Both the position numbers and the translations under genes were made by a program. Below are positions 25,618 through 40,128 of a DNA stretch of 64,000 nucleotides, in pieces. Positions within the stretch are counted from its first letter, which is position 1; each line of letters starts with the position of its first letter. The notes under the pieces are model-generated. The model was given only the letters and a program-made list of their open reading frames with translations, had not been told where the DNA came from and ran no database searches. This stretch comes from the human T2T-CHM13v2.0 reference genome, Homo sapiens: the NCBI RefSeq assembly GCF_009914755.1, contig NC_060927.1; one strand, written 5' to 3'.

Positions 25618-26849
25618 ATCGTTAAGGATTTTTAAAAAATTTTTTACTCATTCCCACATATTCCATTTTCTTCAGTCATTTTAAAGATAACTTCTTATTT
25701 AGCATGGGTAATACAGGGTTTGTTTTCCTGGAATCTTCACATACATGCAGTTAATAGAATGGTAAAATAGCACAACCCAAACTGGCATTTTTCAATTCCC
25801 TTTTAAAATCCCTTTGCTATATAGGCTTTTCCATTAATCTTAGTCTTACATTCTGACTTCCTTTAAAATAGTTGAATTAAATGTAGAAAAATTAATTTAG
25901 AATAACTTTTTACGTGCAGCTACAAATTGAGGCCACTTAATATTAAATGTGTTTTTCTGTCTAGAAGCCCAAAACATACTGTTGACAAGGCCCTACCTTC
26001 CAGTTTTTGGTGTTTCCTCAAAAAGCAAATGATACTGGCCAATAATTTTATACTACGCAAATTAGACATCATTACAGTGAAACAAATATAGGCAAAATGC
26101 GTAGCAGCACCTGTTTAGGCTCTCAAGCCAGCTTTTTCATTCATGAGGTTGATTTGGAGCAGGTTACTTTTTTCATCTAAGATGTTTATCTGCACTTGAA
26201 AAATGAGAATAGTAATGGTTCTTAGGCCTATAGAATTGCTGTAAAGAATGAAATCTTAAAAATAATTTAAGGTGATTGGTTAGATACCAGAATAATCATA
26301 CATACATATATCACTTAGATTATGCCAAATAATGCTATTGAAATTAAGGTAGGTATTTTTGTAGCTATTCATTTTGAACTTTGTAAGTTCAAAATACCCT
26401 GGCGAACAATTAGTATGTGGCTATTCTAAAATTAAATGTTCTACACTAATACAGTGATCATTGTTAAGCACCTTCTGTATGCCAGGCACTGCTGATATGT
26501 GCTATATGCACATTCATTTATTACACATTAAAACCCACAGAGGCAAGGGTTACTGTCCCATTAAACAGATGAGATGACTGCCTTCAGAGATGTCTGGTAA
26601 AGATCCAAACTTAATTCATGCCATAGTCTGATATAAGATCTCCCTCTCTTCCCAGGAACCTTGACAGTTTAGATTATTACAGACACTTGCCCTTAAACTT
26701 TCCTAGGTCATAGTCTCATTATTTTCACAATTTCTGATATAAAATTTGAGATTTTAACAAATTTTCTAATTAAGTAAGCCCACCGTAGCTTCTCTACCAC
26801 TGATTATAACTAAAAACTCTGGACCCCAAATCTCCTTCTCCCAAAACAA

Positions 26850-28480
26850 CCCAACCAACAAACAGAAAAAAAGAAGAAAAAGAAAAAAAAAAAACCTCTG
26901 AGGATTCTGAAAAATAATCTCAGTCAGGTGGGAAAGGGAAGTCAAACCTTGAAGAGCCATATTGATGAGTTGTTTTGTTTTTTGTTGTTGTTTGTTTATT
27001 TTTCCTTTATGTCTTTAAACTTAAGGGCGGGCCAAACCAGGAACTTTATAATGATTATGGTCAGCAAAATCCAGTCAAAGGACCGGGAAGAAGGGCCTGT
27101 GTGAGCAGTAGATTATGGAGTATGTCCTCATTTATTTTTCCTCTTTTTTCTCTCCGAGCAATGCCCTGATGTAGCTACATTATCCCAGTGCGGTAGGTGC
27201 ACATGGGTAAGACCCAAAAGAAAAATCCCTTTTTTTTTAGGTAGGAGAATCAGCAAAAGAGGTCCTGTTGTGCAAAAAGAATGAGGGTGGGGAGAAAATT
27301 ATTATTTCTCTTTCTCTCATCTTATTGCTGAAGCTAAATATCTTAAAGAACCCTATTATTTTTGGCCGATGACTCAGCAAAAGGGGATTTTAGAATCCAG
27401 AAAGTGAGGTGTAAACTCAGAAGAGATGTCTAGTGAAGAGAATCCATAAATTTTGCATATATACCAACCTAAGTCCTAAACTCACCCCTAAGCTGTACTT
27501 GTAAAGAACATACCCAAGTCTTCAAGAGAGAAGGAATATATGACTCCATCCAAATTCCAGGTCAACTCCTAAGTTTTTCATATAATGAGCAGGCCCAAAC
27601 CACACAGCAAAACTTTAAACTGCTATTGAAAACCACTGCCCATGCGATAGTTTGCTGAGAATGATGGTTTCCAGCTTCATCCATGTCCCTACAAAGGAGA
27701 TGAACTCATCATTTTTTTATGACTGTGTAAAAACCAAACACTGCATGTTCTCACTCATAGGTGGGAATTGAACAATGAGAACACATGGACACAGGAAGGG
27801 GAACATCACACACCAGGGACTGCTGTGGGGTGGGGGGAGGGATAGCATTAGGAGATATACCTAATGTAAATGATGAGTTAATGGGTGCAGCGCATCAACA
27901 TGGCACACATGTATACATATGTAACAAACCTGCACATTGTGCACATGTACCCTAGAACTTAAAGTATAATAATTAAAAAAAAAAAAAAAAAGAAAACTAC
28001 TGCCCATAAAAGGCAAAGCAAACCTTGCAATCTGGGCTTAACCAGAGGATTAGCTGCTTGAACAAACAAACCAACGCTCTTCACAGAAATTTAACAGGAC
28101 CTAGATTCTCAAACTTAATATTCTAAACGTTCACTATACAATCCAAAATTACCGAACATACTGACAACTAAGAAAAAAAGTAACAAAATCTCAGGGGAAA
28201 AGACATTAAAATAAACAGATGCTAATCTGAAATAACCCAGATGCTGTAATCATCAGATGATGACTTTTAGCCACACTTCATGAGGTAAAAGTGACCACTC
28301 TGGAAACAATTTAAAAAATAGAAATTCTTGCTACAAAAATAAAAGCTGTTTTATAAATGGAAATTTTGCCATGGAAAAATATAATAAGTTACATTTTAAA
28401 AATTGACCACCTGAATTAATGTGCAAACTGCAGTTGAGAAAGAAGGTCAGTGAAACATGTAAACATATATATATATAAAG
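26850..28480 (+). mobile_element. Old L1M 5'UTR/ORF1 fragment, interrupted by an L1PA
   Basis: tatacaatccaaaattacc...cagatgctaatctgaaataacccagatgctgtaatcatcaga...gaagaaggtcagtgaaac is typical of ancient L1 ORF1; boundaries approximate. Confidence 0.55.
27644..27991 (+). mobile_element. L1PA3/4-like 3' end, 5'-truncated with 5' inversion (twin priming)
   Basis: 27644-~27728 is antisense L1, ~27729-27991 is the sense 3'UTR plus poly(A); 16-bp TSD gaaaac(c/t)actgcccat at 27628-27643 and 27992-28007. Confidence 0.93.
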
Positions 28481-28874
28481 CTTCAAGCAAAGGTAGGATG
28501 ACTGGACCTCAGTAAAAAAAGTCACAAAATGTCTGATATTAGAGCATGCTGTCTCTGACCCCAACTATGTAAAATTCATCAGAGGAAATATGACCACATG
28601 GCGTAAGGTGATGGGCATTACAGTAGAGAATTACGTGCATTTCATTTTGAGCATAACTAGCTTTATGACTTTGGACAAGATACAAAATTCTTTGAATCCA
28701 CTTTTATTCATCTTCATAAGCTGTTGTAAGGATTTAATTGTAATATATATGTGTGTGAGTATATATATGTGTGTGTATATATGTGTATATGTATATATGT
28801 ATACATACATACATACTTATGTATCAAATTCAGATAAGTCTATCTAACATACATAAAATACATGCTAATTATTT

Positions 28875-30902
28875 ATTTTTATTTTTTATTATTTTAATTG
28901 AAGTTCTGGGATACATGTGCTGGACTTGCAGTTTTATTACATAGGTATACATGTGCCATGGTGGTTTGGTTTGCTGCACCTGTCAATCCGTCATCTAGGT
29001 TTTAAGCCCCACATGCATTAGGTATTTATCCTAATGCTCTCCCTCCCCTTGACCCCCACCCCTGACAGGCCCCAATGTGCGATATTCCGCTTCCTGTGTC
29101 CATGTGTTCTTATTGTTCAACTCCCACTTATGAATGAGAACATTCAGTCTTTGGTTTTCTGTTCCTGTGTTCCTTTGCTGAGGATGATGGCTTCCAGCTT
29201 CATCCATGTCCCTGAAAAGGACATGAGCTCATTCTTTTTTTATGGCTGCATAGTATTCCATGGTATATATGTACCACATTTTCTTTATCCATTCTATCAT
29301 TGATGGGCATTTGGGTTGTTTCCAAGTCTTTGCTATCGTAAATAGTGTTGCAATAAACATATATTTGCATGCGTTGTCTTAGTAGAATGATTTATATTCC
29401 TTTGCGTATATACCCAGTAACGGGATTGCTGGGTCAAATAGTATTTCTGGTTCTAGATCCTTGAGGAATTGCCACACTGTCTTCCACAATGGTTGAACTA
29501 ATTTACACTCCCACCAACAGCGTGAAAGCATTCCTATTTCTCTGCATCCTCTCCAGCATCTGTTGTTCCAGACTTTTTAATGATCACCATTCTAACTGGC
29601 ATGACGTGGTATCTCATTGTGGTTTTGATTTGCATTGCTCTAATGGCCAGTGATGATAAGCTTTTTTTCATATGGTTGTTGGTCGAATAACTGTCTTCTT
29701 TTGAGAAGTTTCTGTTCATATCCTTTGCCTGCTTTTTGATGGGGTTGTTTGCTTTTTTCTTGTAAATTTGTTTAAGTTTTTTGTAGATTCTGGATTTTAG
29801 ACCTTTGTCAGATGGATCTGTTGCAAAAATTTTCTCCCATTCTGTAGGTTGCCTGTTCACTCTGATGATAGTTTATTTTGCTGAGCAGAAGCTCTTTGGT
29901 TTAATTAGATCCCATTTGTCAATTTTGTCTTTTGTTGCAATTGCTTTTGGTATTTTAGTCATGACATCTTTGCCCATGCCTATGTCCTGAATGGTATTGC
30001 CTAGGTATTCTTTTAGGGTTTTTATGGTTTTAGGTTTTATGTTTAAGTATTTAATCCATCTTGAGTTATTTTTGTATAAGGTGTAAGGAAAGGGTCCAGT
30101 TTCTGTTATCTGCATATGGCTAGTCAGTTTTCCCAGGATCATTTATTAAATAGGGAATCCTTTCCCCATTCGTTGTTTTTCTCAGGTTTGTCAAAGATCA
30201 GATGGTTGTAGATGTGTGGTGTTATTTCTGAGGCCTCTGTTCTGTTCCATTGGTCTATATATCTGTTTTGGTACCAGTATCATGCTGTTTTGGTTACTGT
30301 AGCCTTATAGTATAGTTTGAAGTCAGATAGCATGATGCCTCCAGTTTTGTTCTTTTTGCTTAGGATTGTCTTGGCTATATGGGCTCTTTTTTGGTTCCAT
30401 ATAAAATTTAAGGTAGGTTTTTCTAGTTCTGTGAAGAAATTCAATAGTAGCTTGATGGGAATAGCATTGGATCTATAAATTACTTTGGGCAGTATGACCA
30501 TTTTCACGATATTGATTCTTCCTATCCATGAGCATGGAATTATTTTCCATTTGTTTGTGTCCTCTTTTATTTTATTGAGCAGTGGTTTGTAGCTCTCCTT
30601 GAAGAGGTCCTTCATGTCCCTTGTAAGTTTTATTCCTAGGTATTTTATTCTTTGTAGCAATTGCGAATGGGAGTTCACTCATGATATGGCTCTCTGCTTG
30701 TCTATTATTGGTGTATAGGAACGCTTGTGATTTTTGGACATTGATTTTGCATCCTGAAACTTTGCTGAAGTTGTTTATCAGCCTAAGGGGTTTTGGGGCT
30801 GAGATGATAGGGTTTTCTAAATATACAATCATGTCATCTGCAAACAGATGACATGATTGCAATTTGACTTACTCTCTTTCTATTTGAATACCCTTTATTT
30901 CT
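28875..30902 (-). mobile_element. L1PA7-like, 5'-truncated (~2 kb; ORF2 RT/C-terminal remnant plus 3'UTR)
   Basis: ORF2 peptides ([44 protein letters not shown]); 3'UTR tcatctaggttttaagccccacatgcattagg; TSD at(a/g)catgctaatt(a/g)ttt. Confidence 0.95.
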
Positions 30903-33900
30903 ATGCATGCTAATTGTTTTAAGCTTTAGTATCTTATTCCAGACCTATATTTAAAAATATTTTGGGTTCTAGTCTGAACGTTGATTGAGATAATTAGCTT
31001 ATAGAATAAAATTTATAACGCATTTTCTCTAAAAGTTTAAACATGCAACTCATTTTCTCATGAAGCAAATAATGACATAATGTAGGGACCTCAGCTAGAG
31101 AAAGATGGTCAAAATTTTTTTCTACACCATATGTCTGTAACAAGGTTACCAGAAAGCTATACTCCCTATCCTTGCCTCTTGGATCTCTGGAACTGCTGGT
31201 TCCTGACTTTGCCCTAGTATTTTTATTTATACCTTGAGTCAATAAAAGGAACAATTGCATGGAAGAAGTCTGTATTTATTGAAAACTTCTACCGTGTGTG
31301 TTTATTACCCAAAACCCATAGTAATACTTCCATGACTGATTCATCTCAGAAACCAGGGCCAGGAAAACATTACTTTTCCCTCCTGGATGAATATGCTTTC
31401 TGGGCAAGAGAAGTTCTCTCATCCTGTGTAGTTTTTCTTTCCACCTTTTAGCAGAAAATTCAGAAGAATTACATATGCTCAAATGTGGCAATCTCACTCA
31501 GCCAGAATTTTTTATTTTTTTTTCTTCTTTATAGTTCTTAGTGGCTGCCTCTGAATTGTATTGATATCATTATAAGTTGTCAAAAATGTTTTATGGAAAC
31601 AATAAAATCCATGTGTCCTTTGGGACACATGCTGCTTCTCTAAAATGGTTTTTGTGTTATACATTATTTTAATTTTTCTCTTTTTTCCCAGATTAGTAAA
31701 ATCTGGAAGTCAAGGGCGCAGCTTTATTTTTTGTTCCTCCATGCAAGCCCATCTTTGTCACCACCTCCACCGCCACCTTCACAGCCTAATAGAGAACTGA
31801 TTGCAATGTGTTTCATACTCTGAATAGTGTGTGAAAACCTCTGAGTATGGTATCTTTTGTATTATTACGCAGAAAACATATTTTTGAATAGCTGCTGTGC
31901 TCCAAGGACAGGGATAAATAAAACTATTTTACAGCTTTCCAGTTGTTCATAGAAATTTTGTGGATAGTCATGAATATTACAGTAGCACATGATAAACTTC
32001 TACACTAAAGGGAGCCAGGAAGTACTAAGAGAATACAGAATGGTACACTTTTATATTGATTATTTAAAACTTGGAGTACAAAACAGTGAGATTTGTGGAA
32101 AAAAAATCAGAAAAGATTTTTCTCTAAGGTCTAAACAATGGATCTGTTAGGAGGAAGATATTAGGTTCCTCAAAACTCTGTTATCATCTGGGAGACAACT
32201 AAAAATACTCCTTTTAATTATTTTTTATTTTTTGCATTTTTTCCTCATTTTCTTACTTGATTATTTGTTTCCAAATAAGGGTAGCTAAATAACAATCAAC
32301 AATATTCAAAAACCCGTTATTAATAAAGGCCATTATTAACAGTCTCTATTAATCTTTATAACCATCCAATAATATGTGTATGTCATTTCCGTTTTATAGT
32401 AGAACACTCAAGTGTAGAGAAGTTAAATGATTCTGTAAAACTATACAACTACTAAAGGGTAAAACTAGAATTTGAACCGAGCTCCCTTATTATTAAAAGC
32501 TTTATTCTCTGTACTTTATATTGCAGTCATATCCTCATCATTTTAGTTTTTGCCACAGTCTCCAAATCTTTTCAGAAAACAATAAAAAAATTGTTTTCAG
32601 TGAATGCAATTATAGCTACAAATTTCTGTATTAATACTAGTGTGTACTTCTCGTTATTCTCACTCATTGCCATTTTTTATGTCTAATGTCAGATACACAT
32701 CTCAAAAGCTCTATGTATTTTGCTAAAGATTTAAGAAGATAATCCTTTATTATATAAGGAGAAATATTTTTTGGAAGGAGATGGTATCTTAAATTGGGTA
32801 TAATAAACATTTAAATTTGATTGTGTAGTTTATTCATCTGGATAAAAGAAGAAAATGCAAGTTACATTCTTTGACCTGTCATTTTCAAAAACAATTGGAC
32901 CTAATTCTAACTATTCAAACTTATACTCACTTGAAAGAATTCAATTCCACTTAAACAGAAGATTAGTGTTGAAACAGTATGGGGAGCAATGTTGATATGT
33001 TTGGGCTAAGTAGCTGTCAATGACATTTTGTAAATATCTGGTTTATGAATATGTTGATTAGAAAATACGAGGCTTGATCATCCTGCTGGGTCATCTGGTG
33101 GGATTTTTGCTCCTTCTTAATGTTCTTTTCTATTTTTATTTTTGGCTTATTACCTTTTTCTCCTAGCTAACTAAGGAGATGTTCTATTTTACATGCTAAT
33201 TGTAATTCCCCTCCCACTCCAAAGTCAGTCTATTTCTTTTATATCGTCCCTGCCAGCTGCAAGAGAAAGACAGACAAGATGAAGCCTTTTTATTGTCGGA
33301 CACTGACAGAGCAGAGAAATATAGACAGATGGATAACAGATAGTAGGGTTCTAAGTACCCTACAATTTATTGAGGCAAATAGAGGAGAGCTGAGTGGCAA
33401 ATTACCTACACTGTTCACAAACCAGCAGGCAGCCCTGTTTGCCAGCTATCCGAATTGTTTCTGGGTAATTTGGCACATTTCTACTTTGTTGTGCTACGTC
33501 TAAAGGTATGACTTTGAGTTTTGAAAATTCCCTGTTGTGAAAGGTCTGCCTAACAACAAGCAACATTTGGAATGTGATATTCAGAGAAATACGTGTATCT
33601 CTATTTGATAGCTCCCCAAAAAGGAGATTTGAAGCATGATCTTTTAAAATATTACAAGGATGAAATAATTTATTTTAGTTAATATTATAGACTTTTTTCC
33701 TTTCCATCTTAAAAACTTACCATCCACAATATTCACACTTGGAAATCTGACTTTGATGATGATATTGATGAATCTCAGATATAAAAGTTACTTTTCAAGT
33801 CCGTATTTCTCACCATGTAGCAGTTTTAGATGAGCGTCATACAGCAATGCTATAGGATAGTGAATTACAAATTAATATTTCCCAAAAATAGCTTTGCAGT

Positions 33901-34199
33901 ATACTCTAGAGGGAAAAAAAGGAGAGGCGATAAGAAGACTTGAAGCTTAAATTGGTGTAGAAAAACAATGTTAAGCAGGAGTTTATACTACAGGATTTTG
34001 TGAAGCTTATTATACATTATTGTTCATCTTAAATCTCTATAAAGGGAACACAGAAAATTATTTTTCTCACAATACTACTAGTTTTACCAGGAATCGTGGT
34101 CCATGAATCACTCATTAGAATAATTATCATAGGCAATAATGTGGCACAGCCTTCTAAGTAGTTTGAGTCATAAAATACTAACACATAAAAAAGAACCTT

Positions 34200-34550
<351 letters not shown>

Positions 34551-34699
34551 TCAATAAAGGGTATTTTAAGTTAGAAAAGTTATTAATATCATTATTTGCA
34601 CTATAAGTATTTGACGCCAAATATTTCCTAAAATAACTTAGAGCAGCTCATTCGGAATTAATGAGACATATTAATTTGTCTCATTAATAATTAATAATG

Positions 34700-36780
34700 A
34701 GACATATTCCTGATGGCCTACTAGAGAGCAAGTGGTGTGACAGACACTGGGGATATAGCACTGAACAACATGGGTGTGGTCACTGGCTTCATGGGGCCTC
34801 CAGTCTAATTAACAGGTTATCACAGTCTACCTGAAGACTTTCAAAGCACTGCTATTTAAAATGCCCCAAAGGGCATGAATCTTCTTTCCCATGCCCACTG
34901 CAAACCTACCTCTTCCCCAGTGTTCCAGATGGTTCTATAGATGGCATCATCATCTGAATTACTTAAGTCAGGAAGCTAAAGTAACCTCTAGTTTTCCATC
35001 CTCCTTACTTCCCACAGTTAATCATTGAGCCTTATCAGTTTTAATTCCTAAATATCCTTTCGTTTCTGATACTTCCTTCAATCATCACTGCCTCCGCTCT
35101 TATACATCACCATCTTCTGTTCAGAACACTTCTGTGGCCTGCAAACTTGGCTTCCCGTATTGACTTTCCCTTCTTCCAATTCATCTGCCTGGGTATAATC
35201 AAGGTGATACTACAGTCTTATTTTCTTCTTTGCCTAGATCTGATTTAGGCATTCTATCCAGTTTTCAGCTGAAACCTCACTTTCTCAGAGATGTAATGCC
35301 CAAATACAAACTTGGCTTGGTTTTTCCTATATTATACTTACACACTGCCTTGAATATTTGATGGAAGGGGGGTTGGTAACAGTGATAACACTTTTTATAA
35401 AGTGGTGACTTCCAATTTGTTTCACTAAATTATAAGCTCCTTAAGGACAGGGTCTGAGTCTGCATTTGTTTACAACTATAGAACCGGTACCTGATTTAGC
35501 TATGATAAAAATGCTTGGAAGTTATTTATTTCGTCCGTGCCATTGCTTCTGCTGCTCCGGCAGGGTGGAATTTTATATCCCTCTTTTCCATCTATACCTC
35601 CCCACCTGCCCCAAAATAAATTTCTATCCTTCAAGATTCAGATCAAAGGTATTTCCTCAGTGAATTCTGTTATTGTGAATGCCCCAACAAGTTCAGAATT
35701 AATCAGTCACAAAATACGTTTTCCTCTGTTTAGCAGTAATAATGTCCATCCCTCACCCAAGGCAATGATAATCTTCCCTAATGCAAATGTCTTGCAGAGT
35801 ACTTTGTGTAATGAAAACTTCTAATAAGAACTTGTTGAACTGAAGTAAGTTTTGCTGATTCTGACTTTGCTGACTTTATCTGATTAAGTAGAAGCAGGCA
35901 CGTATCCAACTGCTTAATTTGATGACACCAACCAAAGGAGTCTCACATAAAATATTGAAAAGAGAATTCTTCACTCACCCCAAATTTGTGCTTCCTGAAT
36001 CTTCACCATCTAATTAAATGGTACCATCTTCCATTTTCTCAAGTAGAAACTTTGGTATCTTTGAAGTCTCACTTTTTCTCACCATCCTCCTATTCCTTCT
36101 GACAAATCCAACGGCAAGTCCTGTTACTCCTCCCTCCAGTCTTTTGATTCAATATTCCTTCTATGCCTGCTGCAACGATCTTATTTCAAGCCAAGCTAAT
36201 TTCTTTTCCATTTCTTCACAACCATTTCACTGAGTTTGCTCCCACCCTTAACCAATTCACTCACTACACAGAGCAAATAATATATTTTAAAAGCATGAAT
36301 CAGATTACACAACTCAACTGCTTCAAAACTTTCAGTGGTTTTCTATATCATCAAGATTAAAGGAAAACATCTTACCATCCTACAAGGCCCTGAATTTTCT
36401 GATTATCACTACCATGTGAACTGCTGCTTCAGCCACCCCACCTTCCGACTCTCCCCTATCTGCCTCACTGAATTTCTTTCAGCTCCTAAAGCGAGTCAAC
36501 CTTTTCTAGCCTGTATTCCTGACTCTACTCCTTTTGTCTGGAATGCACCATTTCTACAGTCTACATGACCAACAACTTCACTTCCTTAAGGGCTCAGTTT
36601 AAATGTCAGCCTCCCTGAATTGCTCTGACAATGCTACCTGAATTAGGGCACTTTCTTTTCAATATCTTATACCTTTATCTCCTCATAGCCATTATTACAA
36701 CTGCCATTATTTGTATTTGCCATTTGCTTGTTTGTTGCCTAGATTTGCTTGTGGAATGTAAAATTCCACAACAAAAAGTC
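34700..36780. mobile_element. Cluster of L2 fragments
   Basis: L2 3' motifs: aaattataagctccttaaggacagggtc, tcagattacacaactcaactgcttcaaaactttcagtgg, ttaagggctcagtttaaatgtca. Confidence 0.6.
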
Positions 36781-38429
36781 AAAAAAGAGAATTATACACT
36801 AAGTTTTGTAAGAAATAAAGGAGTGTTCAGATTTGTTAATGTTGGATTAATTTTTTATTTAATTTCAATTGTAATTGTATAATATATCTAAGAATATGTC
36901 TACTTGTAAGAACAATTAAAAGAAAGGAAATCAAATGAGTCGATTCAGCAGATTCTGCCATTGTTTCTAAAATAAGACTTTTGGTATGATGGGAAATTAG
37001 AACTCTCTAACTCCCTACTGACTTCCATGCTTTAAAATGCAAGCAGCCCTACAATGTGATAACTAGCGTACATTTCTGAAGATATAATATTTTGTATGTG
37101 TTAATTGCATTTAGGATATTTCCTATGCTTCAAGTAAAATATTTCAATGACTTTACTTTCAAATAATTACTAAGATTCCACTGCACTATTTAGAAAAGGT
37201 TAAAAATTTTCATTCTCTTTTTAATAGTCATTTCCTCATTTTCTAGCTAGCTTTTAACCTCAGTGCCATTTTGACACAGATTAAAAATATCCTACACCAA
37301 TCATGAGATGTTTGACCTTTTATGTCCTAAAAAAAAAGGATATAGAAAAGGATGATATCATCTGTAGAGGGAGTATGTTCAACTCTATAAAAAATCTCTG
37401 CATGCCACATTTTTATTATGTAGCTTTATTCCCAGACCATTTTCCCCTTGTGTATTTGTGTCATGAAGATGTTTGATTCAATTTTATGTATTCATATGTC
37501 TCTTTTTATTTCTAACAGGAAGCATTAATAAGGAAGAAAGATTAGGAATGAGTTTTTGAGTTCAGTGTATGAGAACTAGGATATGTATGGCATGCTTAGT
37601 TTGAAATGAAGAAGGGCCAGGAGCATTAGATGGCTAGATAATTGAGTTGTAGCAGCCTAGACGCTGAATTAATATATTTTCAATGAAAAGAAAGCAATTG
37701 AATTTCCTGTGAACTCTCTGTAGTTCATAACCAGTTTACATTGGCCTTTTCTGGTCAATTTGTTTGTGCAATTGTTTGTTTATTTAGTCAATTACAACCT
37801 GTCCCTTAGGATTCATGGTAACCTTCCTGAACACATATATCCTTTAATTCATGATCCAGAAACTGGAAATACGTTTTTCTCCATATTTCTTCCTCAAATA
37901 GCAGAAATAAAAGTGTTGGCTTGAACTCTTTTAGTTATTATATTCAATGGCAGTTTTCTGTAGCTGGGGAGTGACGAGCTAAGACAACATGAAAGTAGGC
38001 TCAATTCAGGATTAGGTTGTGTTACCCTACTTAGTGATTAGAACTTCTAGGCCTTGCTAAAATATTGATTAACCCCTGTGTCCCTCCAGTAAGCCTTCTA
38101 AATCTCTATAGGAGCAAATGCTCTACAAGTTGACGGCTCCATATGGACTATTGTGAATTACATTGTGCTCTCTTACACTTAATCTCTGCTTATCACTCCA
38201 CGACCAACCAATGCCCTTTGAATGACTATAGTACACCTAAAGTCAGGAGGCGCAAATTAGAGATTCAAAACTAATATCCTTCCTTGGACTGCATACTCTT
38301 CCTTTTGGAGATTGGGGATATCTCCCAAAGTGGTGTTAGTTTTTTCATGATTTGAACAAAAAGTGGTTTTACGTTTTCAATTACGATATAATATTTGAAC
38401 CAGCTTTATCACTGGAAACATTGTCTGCT

Positions 38430-38975
38430 TGTTCCTGGTGTCTATTTGCTCTATAACAAATTTCCTTGAAACTCTGTAGCTAAACATAATGATCATGTCA
38501 TTGTCTTTTAATTTTATGGGTCAGAAATTTGGGCAGAGCTATGTTGGGTGATTTTTCTGTTTCAAGTGATGTTAATTGCTTTGCTTGATGGAATTTAGCT
38601 GGCGAATGAGCTGTGTAAGAGGATCAAAGAGCTGTCATTCACATATCTGGTGCTTTTTCAGTGACAGCTGAAACCTAGGTTCAGCTGTGCTGTCCAGCAG
38701 AGTGTACACAAATGTCATCTCTAGGACAGCAGTCTTAGGACATTCCAACTTCTTACATGGCAGCTCAGAGGTCCTGGAGACAGCAATTCAAGTAACCTAG
38801 CAGAAGTCTGCAAGGCATCTTATCACCTGTGCTCAAAATCTTAGAATATCACTTCTGCTCTGTTGTATTGGTAAAGCAAGTTACTGAGGTGAGCCCAAAT
38901 TCAAGAATAGGAGTTAGACTCAACCTCTCAATGGGAGAAATAGCACGGTACTTGTGGCTATCTCTAGCACTGCCC
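38430..38975 (-). mobile_element. MLT1 (G/H/I-like) LTR
   Basis: ctatttgctctataacaaat...gggtcagaaatttgggcag...cacttctgctctgttgtattggtaaagcaagttactgaggtgagcccaaattcaag. Confidence 0.7.
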
Positions 38976-40042
38976 AACTGTCTGTTATACATAATATATA
39001 TATGGTCAGTTTTACTATAGTAGCAGAGTGGGTCAATTAAAAATTCACCTTCCTTATCATTTCTTCATTTATTTATTCATTCATTCATTCATTTGTTCAT
39101 TCATTAAACAAAGATTAAGTGAAGAGCTGTCATATTACATGGAGGCACTCTTCTAGGGAGTAGAGAGACAGAGAACCTAAAATTTAATTTCTAGTAGGGG
39201 CAAGCAGAAAATTTAAGGATACACTCTACTCCGAATATTCTATTGGCTTATTTTTGCAGTCTTCACAACAGCCCTATGAGGCAGATATTATCATGTTTAT
39301 AAGTTGAATTATAAAAAATAAAGTTCTTAGAGGCTAATGTTGCTAAGTTCACACAGCTCTATTTAAAAATTAAATAAATAAAGATATTCAATTAGATCTG
39401 CCTGCGTCCAGATTCTATGCATTAAGAATGATTAATTTGATTTTGGTAGCAAGTAAATTTTATTGTGAATTACAAAATAACTCATTATTTCTTGAATAAT
39501 TTAGAAAATACAGTAAAGCAAAATGATAGTAGTAAAAAAGACCTATATTTCTACTTCTCAGATGTATTCAATCTTTCATTTGTGTGTGTCCCCATATCTG
39601 TCCACGATTGCTATGTAACAAATCATTCCAAAACTTTGTGGCTTAAAATAACAACCATGTATTTGGTTCACGTGTGTGTGGGTTGTTAATTTAGACTGGG
39701 CTCAGTGGGTCTCTTCTGCTTCTCCAGTGGGCTTTCTCATGCTTCTGTGTCCAGCTAGGTACTTTTGCTTCTGGGTAGGCTGGCTGACTTCTAGGGTACC
39801 ACAGGCTCCTCACACATAGTCTCTCCTCCTCCAGTGGGTTGCCCTGGGCTTGTTAACTTGCCAACGATCCGGTTCAAAAAGAGAAGACAGAAGTATGCAA
39901 TGGCCCTTGAGGTCTAGACCCATGACTGGCATATCAGCACAAAGCAAGTTGGATGACCAGCCCAGATTTAAGACCTGGGGAAATTGACTTCAAGTCTTGA
40001 TCTCTTCATGGGAGAAGATGCAAAACACATTTCAAAGAATAT

Positions 40043-40078
40043 TGTATTAGGGTACTCCAGAGAGACAGAACAAATAGG

Positions 40079-40128
<50 letters not shown>

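Noticed and set aside
29534-30862. ORFs with reverse-transcriptase similarity
   Set aside because: Frameshifted pieces of a 5'-truncated L1 ORF2, not a gene.
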